Shown in pieces: positions 59,278 through 64,000 of a stretch of DNA of 64,000 nt. This DNA is from Gammaproteobacteria bacterium. Lineage in GTDB: Bacteria > Pseudomonadota > Gammaproteobacteria > Eutrophobiales > Eutrophobiaceae. The DNA lies in the NCBI GenBank assembly GCA_965221695.1, contig OZ244905.1, positions 3,040,001-3,104,000 of the forward strand, in the 5' to 3' direction. The notes beneath the pieces were generated by a model, which had not been told where the DNA came from, searched no databases, and saw only the letters and a program-made list of their open reading frames with translations. Every line of letters begins with the position of its first letter. Position 1 is the stretch's first letter. The position numbers were made by a program, and so were the translations under genes.

Positions 59278-60247
59278 CCTCGTTTCGCTCATACGCGTTC
59301 AGGATGCGCGCGACCAGGGGGTGGCGCACCACGTCTCTGGATTTGAAAAAGGTGAAACTAATTCCGGCCTCATCCTGAAGAATATCAATCACGTGGCGCA
59401 ATCCCGAGGTTTTTCCCTGGGGCAGGTCAATCTGGGTAATGTCGCCCGTAATCACAGCCGTTGAGTTGAATCCGATGCGGGTCAGGAACATTTTCATTTG
59501 TTCGATTGTGGTATTTTGCGCTTCGTCCAAAATGATAAACGCTTCGTTGAGCGAACGGCCGCGCATAAAGGCAAGCGGCGCCACCTCGATGACGTTTTTC
59601 TCGATGAATTTCATCACTTGGTCAAAGCCCAGCATTTCATACAAGGCGTCATACAGAGGGCGCAGGTATGGGTCGACTTTCTGCACCAGGTCGCCGGGCA
59701 GGTAGCCCAGTTTTTCCCCGGCCTCGACTGCCGGCCGCACCAGCACCAGGCGTCTGACCCGGTTTTGCTCCAGCGCCACCACCGCGCTGGCCACGGCCAG
59801 GTAGGTTTTGCCTGTGCCGGCCGGTCCGATGCCAAAACTGACATCATGTTCCTGGATATTTTTCAGGTACAAGCGCTGGTTGGGGCTGCGCCCCTTGATG
59901 ATACCGCGTTTCGTTTTGATGATGACCTCGTCCTGCGCCTGCTCGTTGATGGAATCATCAATGGCCTTGTCCTGCAGCCAGAGGTGGATTTTTTCCGGCG
60001 ACAAGCTGTCCACCGCGGTCGATTCATACAGCTCGGTCAGCAACCTGCCGGCAATATTGACGATTTTGGCCGCGCCGTTTATGCGGAACGAGTTGCCGCG
60101 GTTGTTGATCTCAACGCCCAGCCGTCTTTCGATCTGGCGCAGGTGGGAATCCAGTGAGCCGCACAGGTTCGCAAGCCTCTCGTTATCCGCAGGTTCAAGC
60201 CTGACTTCGGAGCTTGCCGGATGAATGTTATCTCTGGTAATACTCAA
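59258..60247 (-). CDS. PhoH-family ATPase (YbeZ-like)
   Basis: GPAGTGKT, RPAVEAGEKLG, FMRGRS, DEAQN, DVVRHPLV. Confidence 0.95.
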   Translation of the reverse strand: MSITRDNIHPASSEVRLEPADNERLANLCGSLDSHLRQIERRLGVEINNRGNSFRINGAAKIVNIAGRLLTELYESTAVDSLSPEKIHLWLQDKAIDDSINEQAQDEVIIKTKRGIIKGRSPNQRLYLKNIQEHDVSFGIGPAGTGKTYLAVASAVVALEQNRVRRLVLVRPAVEAGEKLGYLPGDLVQKVDPYLRPLYDALYEMLGFDQVMKFIEKNVIEVAPLAFMRGRSLNEAFIILDEAQNTTIEQMKMFLTRIGFNSTAVITGDITQIDLPQGKTSGLRHVIDILQDEAGISFTFFKSRDVVRHPLVARILNAYERNEASTLST

Positions 60248-60250
60248 GAA

Positions 60251-61615
60251 TCAGCAGGCCGCGGTCTGTAATAAGGGTATTTCAGCGGGTGTTGCGGGCA
60301 ATACGCCGCGCAGGGAATTGGGCAGCGCCCGGGTAATTGTTACGTCCACCAGCTCACCGATGAGGTCGGCGCTACCGGGAAAGTTAACGACGCGGTTGTT
60401 TTCAGTGCGGCCGGACAACTCTCGTTTGTCCTTGCGGGAGGTTCCCTCTACCAGCACCTTCTGCACCGAACCGGTCATGCTGTTGCTGATAGTCCGGGCC
60501 TGTTGGTTGATCCGGGCCTGGAGGATTTGCAGGCGCTGTTTTTTCTGTTCCGGCGATATGCCGTCCGCATAGTTCGCCGCCGGTGTGCCGGGCCGTATGC
60601 TGTAGATAAAACTGAATGACTGGTCGAAACCGATGTCCGCGATCAGGTCCAGCGTGGCCTGGAAATCGGCATCGGTCTCGCCGGGGAAGCCCACAATGAA
60701 ATCGGAGGAGATACTGATATCCGGCCTGATTTTTCGCAGCTTGCGTATTTTCGACTTGTATTCAAGCACGGTATGGCCCCGCTTCATCCGCGCGAGTATG
60801 CGGTCCGATCCGCTCTGCACCGGCAGGTGCAGGTGGCTGACCAGTTCAGGCACTCGGCCGTACACATCTATCAGACGCTCGGAGAATTCGACCGGGTGGG
60901 ATGTCGTGTAACGTATGCGGCGGATACCGTCGATGGCGGCGACATACTCGATCAGGTCAGCCAAGTCAGCGCTGCCGCCTTCGAAAGTGATGCCGCGATA
61001 GGCATTCACGTTCTGGCCCAGCAGGGTAACCTCCTTGACGCCCTGTGCGGCGAGGTCGGCCACTTCGGTAATTACGTCATCCAAGGGCCGGGAGATTTCC
61101 TCCCCGCGGGTATAGGGCACGACACAGAATGTGCAGTATTTGCTGCATCCCTCCATGATGGAGACAAACGCAACAGGGCCTTCCGCCCTGGGTTCCGGCA
61201 AGCTGTCGAACTTTTCTATTTCGGGGAAAGAGATATCCATGGCCGGTTTGCCTGTCCGTTGCGCCCGGTCGTACAGAACGGGGAGCCGGTGCAGGGTCTG
61301 GGGGCCGAATACCACATCGACGAACGGCGCGCGTGCGTTAATCGCCGAACCTTCCTGGCTCGCGACACAACCTCCGACACCGATCATGAAACCGGGCTTC
61401 TCCTGTTTCCGCCGGCGCCAGCGGCCGAGTTCCGAGAACAGCTTTTCCTGGGCCTTTTCCCGGATGGAGCAGGTATTGAAGATGATGAAATCGGCCTCAT
61501 CCGGTTCCCGGGTTTCCTCCATGCCATGAGATACGCGCAGCACATCCCGCATCTTTGCGGAATCGTATTCGTTCATCTGGCAGCCGAATGTTTTGATAAA
61601 CAGTTTTTTTCCCAT
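60251..61615 (-). CDS. miaB: tRNA-2-methylthio-N6-dimethylallyladenosine synthase
   Basis: [30 protein letters not shown] domain. Confidence 0.98.
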   Translation of the reverse strand: MGKKLFIKTFGCQMNEYDSAKMRDVLRVSHGMEETREPDEADFIIFNTCSIREKAQEKLFSELGRWRRRKQEKPGFMIGVGGCVASQEGSAINARAPFVDVVFGPQTLHRLPVLYDRAQRTGKPAMDISFPEIEKFDSLPEPRAEGPVAFVSIMEGCSKYCTFCVVPYTRGEEISRPLDDVITEVADLAAQGVKEVTLLGQNVNAYRGITFEGGSADLADLIEYVAAIDGIRRIRYTTSHPVEFSERLIDVYGRVPELVSHLHLPVQSGSDRILARMKRGHTVLEYKSKIRKLRKIRPDISISSDFIVGFPGETDADFQATLDLIADIGFDQSFSFIYSIRPGTPAANYADGISPEQKKQRLQILQARINQQARTISNSMTGSVQKVLVEGTSRKDKRELSGRTENNRVVNFPGSADLIGELVDVTITRALPNSLRGVLPATPAEIPLLQTAAC

Positions 61616-61767
61616 TGTTCGTCCGGTTTGCAGGGATCGGCTACGTTACACTTTCTTTCGCGTTTTTTCCAGTGTGAAATAAAGGACACCCGGGGTCAGA
61701 GTATAGTGACTCTGTTGGTGAAGCAGGGATCAAAGCGATTTTACCCTGATCCCTGAATACATACCTC

Positions 61768-61844
61768 TGGTGGCTATGGGTGGACTTGAACCACCGACTT
61801 CAGCATTATGAATGCTGCGCTCTAACCAACTGAGCTACATAGCC
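61768..61844 (-). tRNA. tRNA-Met(CAT), elongator-like
   Basis: Reverse complement GGCTATGTAGCTCAGTTGGTTAGAGCG-CAGCA-TTCATAA-TGCTG...GGTTCAAGTCC...ATAGCCACCA. Confidence 0.94.
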
Positions 61845-61969
61845 ATAATCATCAGGGTTGACATTAGCCTAATCGGGATTGGAAGTCAATTCCGGCCGCT
61901 TGCTCATGATTACTTGCCGGTGAATATGTTACTCTTTTGCAAACGGAACAACCTGTGGGAGTGTTACTG

Positions 61970-62383
61970 ATGCAAACAAGTCTTACCTGGGCCGGAGGGG
62001 CCGCATTTATCGGCGAAGCGGAAAACGGCCGGAGCATAGTTATCGACGGGCCGCCCGAAGGCGGCGGCAAAAACCTGGGGCCGCGTCCGATGGAGACGCT
62101 GCTGTTGGGAATGGGGAGCTGCATGAGCTACGACGTGCTGTCCATCCTGAAGAAGTCGAGAAAGGACATCAGTGAATGCAGGGTCGAAATCTCGTCCACC
62201 AGGGCCGAAGAGCACCCCCGGGTATTCACCGATATTCGGGTACATTTCATCATAGCCGGCGCCGATCTCAAGCCAGCTCAGGTTGAACGTGCGATCAACC
62301 TGTCTGCGGAGAAATATTGCTCCGCATCAATCATGCTGGGCAAGACCGCGCAGATAACACACACCTTCGAAATCCGGAATTAA
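61970..62383 (+). CDS. OsmC/YhfA-family protein
   Basis: GPRPMETLLLG..SC, SAEKYCSAS. Confidence 0.92.
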   Translation: MQTSLTWAGGAAFIGEAENGRSIVIDGPPEGGGKNLGPRPMETLLLGMGSCMSYDVLSILKKSRKDISECRVEISSTRAEEHPRVFTDIRVHFIIAGADLKPAQVERAINLSAEKYCSASIMLGKTAQITHTFEIRN

Positions 62384-62414
62384 TCCGAACATTCATTCAA
62401 GGAAGGTCTGTCCA

Positions 62415-62500
62415 CTGGATTCCCGTTTTCACGGGAATGGGACGGGGGGCGCTACTGTGCGCCTTGCCACCGTACCACTCCCACGGAAATGGGAGTCCAG
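62415..62500. repeat. inverted pair of ATTCCC-N8-GGGAAT-type REP palindromes
   Basis: CTGG-ATTCCC GTTTTCAC GGGAAT-GG ... CC-ACTCCC ACGGAAAT GGGAGT-CCAG. Confidence 0.7.
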
Positions 62501-62511
62501 TCGAATTCTGT

Positions 62512-62533
62512 GTCGCCCGGAGGGCGACTCTTT
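62512..62533 (+). terminator. putative intrinsic terminator between convergent genes
   Basis: GTCGCCC-GGA-GGGCGAC followed by TCTTT. Confidence 0.5.
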
Positions 62534-62598
62534 GTTAACTGGAATACATACTCCAGACACTATGTGGGAGCAAGTCTCAATGCGTTTTCTGAGGCAAA

Positions 62599-62850
62599 TT
62601 ATATTTTCCTGGGGTTTTCTGCGCGGCTGATGGTGAAGCTGATGATTTCTTCACCTTTATCGATGCGCAGGATGGTATGGCCGGTCCTCGCGCAATAGGC
62701 TTCGAAGTCGACTACCGAATGGGGGTCGGTCGCCTCGACGAACAGGATTTCTCCCGGTTGCATCCTGTTCAGCGCGAGTTTTGTTTTAAGCACGGGCAAC
62801 GGGCAGTTCAGGCCCTTCGCGTCCAGGTGTTGATCATAACCGGTATCCAT
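62599..62850 (-). CDS. TusA/SirA-family sulfur carrier
   Basis: LDAKGLNCPLPV, ATDP, DF. Confidence 0.9.
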   Translation of the reverse strand: MDTGYDQHLDAKGLNCPLPVLKTKLALNRMQPGEILFVEATDPHSVVDFEAYCARTGHTILRIDKGEEIISFTISRAENPRKI

Positions 62851-62862
62851 ATCCGTTACGGG

Positions 62863-63921
62863 TTAACTGTTGCGCCGCTGCCTGACCGCTCCGGCGAGGG
62901 ATTCCAGGACCGGTTCGGTCATGTCCCAGGATATGCAGGCATCGGTCACGCTCATGCCGTATTCCATCGATGCAAGGTCTTTCAGCGCCTGTTTTCCGGC
63001 TTTCAGGTTGCTCTCTATCATCACGCCGCAGATGCGTGTTGAGCCGGCTGCCAATTGCCGGCAGATATCCTCGGCAACAACGGCCTGGCGCGCATGGTCC
63101 TTGTTGCTGTTGCCATGGCTGAAGTCCACCATGACCCGGTCCGTAACGTTTGCCGCGCCCAGTTTTTTCGCCGCAGCCTCGATATCTGACTCGGAATAAT
63201 TGGGCCCTTTGGACGCGCCGCGCAAGATCAGGTGGCAACAGTCGTTCCCGGTGGTCGTTACGATCGCGGAAATACCCTGCTTGGTGACTGAAAGGAAATG
63301 GTGTGCGCTTTGTGCGGCGCCGATGGCGTCTATCGCGATCTGTATGTTGCCGTCCGTCCCGTTTTTAAAGCCTACGGGCATCGAGAGTCCCGACGCCAGT
63401 TCCCGGTGTATCTGGCTTTCCGTGGTACGCGCCCCGATCGCGCCCCAGGACACCAGGTCGGCGATGAACTGCGGCGTGATGGTATCGAGAAACTCCGAAC
63501 CGGCCGGTATGCCCATGTTCCCCAGGTCCAGCAGCAGTTTGCGGGCTTTGCGCAGACCGGCATTGATATTGAAACTGTTGTCCAGGTTCGGATCGTTGAT
63601 CAGGCCTTTCCAGCCCACCCTGGTACGGGGTTTTTCGAAATAGACCCGCATGATCACGAGCAGGTCGTCCTGCAGGCGCTCTGCAGCGCCGGCCAGGCGG
63701 CCGGCATAGTCCAGTGCGGCTTCCGGATCATGAATGGAACAAGGCCCGGTTATCACCAGCAGCCGATCATCTTCACCCTTGATGATGGCGCCGGCAGCTT
63801 TGCGGGTGGTGGCCACGAGGTTCGATACCTGTTCGCCGACCGGCAGCTCTTCCATGAGGATGGCAGGCGATACCAGCGGGCGCAGTTCGGCAATTCTTAA
63901 ATCGTCTGTAAGCTGAAACAT
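62863..63921 (-). CDS. 3-deoxy-7-phosphoheptulonate (DAHP) synthase, class I-alpha
   Basis: GPCSIHD, RVYFEKPRT, AIGARTTESQ, GFKNGT, DFSHGNS, SVTDAC. Confidence 0.96.
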   Translation of the reverse strand: MFQLTDDLRIAELRPLVSPAILMEELPVGEQVSNLVATTRKAAGAIIKGEDDRLLVITGPCSIHDPEAALDYAGRLAGAAERLQDDLLVIMRVYFEKPRTRVGWKGLINDPNLDNSFNINAGLRKARKLLLDLGNMGIPAGSEFLDTITPQFIADLVSWGAIGARTTESQIHRELASGLSMPVGFKNGTDGNIQIAIDAIGAAQSAHHFLSVTKQGISAIVTTTGNDCCHLILRGASKGPNYSESDIEAAAKKLGAANVTDRVMVDFSHGNSNKDHARQAVVAEDICRQLAAGSTRICGVMIESNLKAGKQALKDLASMEYGMSVTDACISWDMTEPVLESLAGAVRQRRNS

Positions 63922-64000
63922 AATATCTGTCTGACCCGAATGTTGAACAGGCTGGCCTGTCCCCAACGGTGTGACTCAAAAACGCAGATTATACCCCAAA

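Overview
Mostly core-genome DNA from a Gammaproteobacteria-like organism. It contains a rhamnose/surface-polysaccharide cluster with a YidC-like paralog, tRNA-Asn, an aminotransferase and uvrB, tRNA-Val, the thrS-infC-rpmI-rplT-pheST-ihfA operon, tRNA-Pro, glmS, tolC, thiC, glnE, gltBD, hemE, the miaB-phoH-ybeY-corC-lnt operon, tRNA-Met and a DAHP synthase. Accessory genes are interspersed: a 2928-aa RTX-repeat protein, a small RTX protein, ankyrin and Sel1 proteins, and oxygenases. The most striking unexplained structure is non-coding. A 151-bp five-hairpin MITE with IS5-like ends occurs in two nearly identical copies. A 27-bp palindrome equal to its terminal hairpin also occurs alone, flanked by its own 4-bp target-site duplications (TGTA, CTAA, TATA). 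These elements have rewritten the ybeY stop codon and may supply a ribosome-binding site. Two further MITE-like families occupy the thiC leader (no TPP riboswitch visible) and the phoH 3' end. No transposase, integrase, CRISPR array, rRNA or reverse transcriptase is visible.
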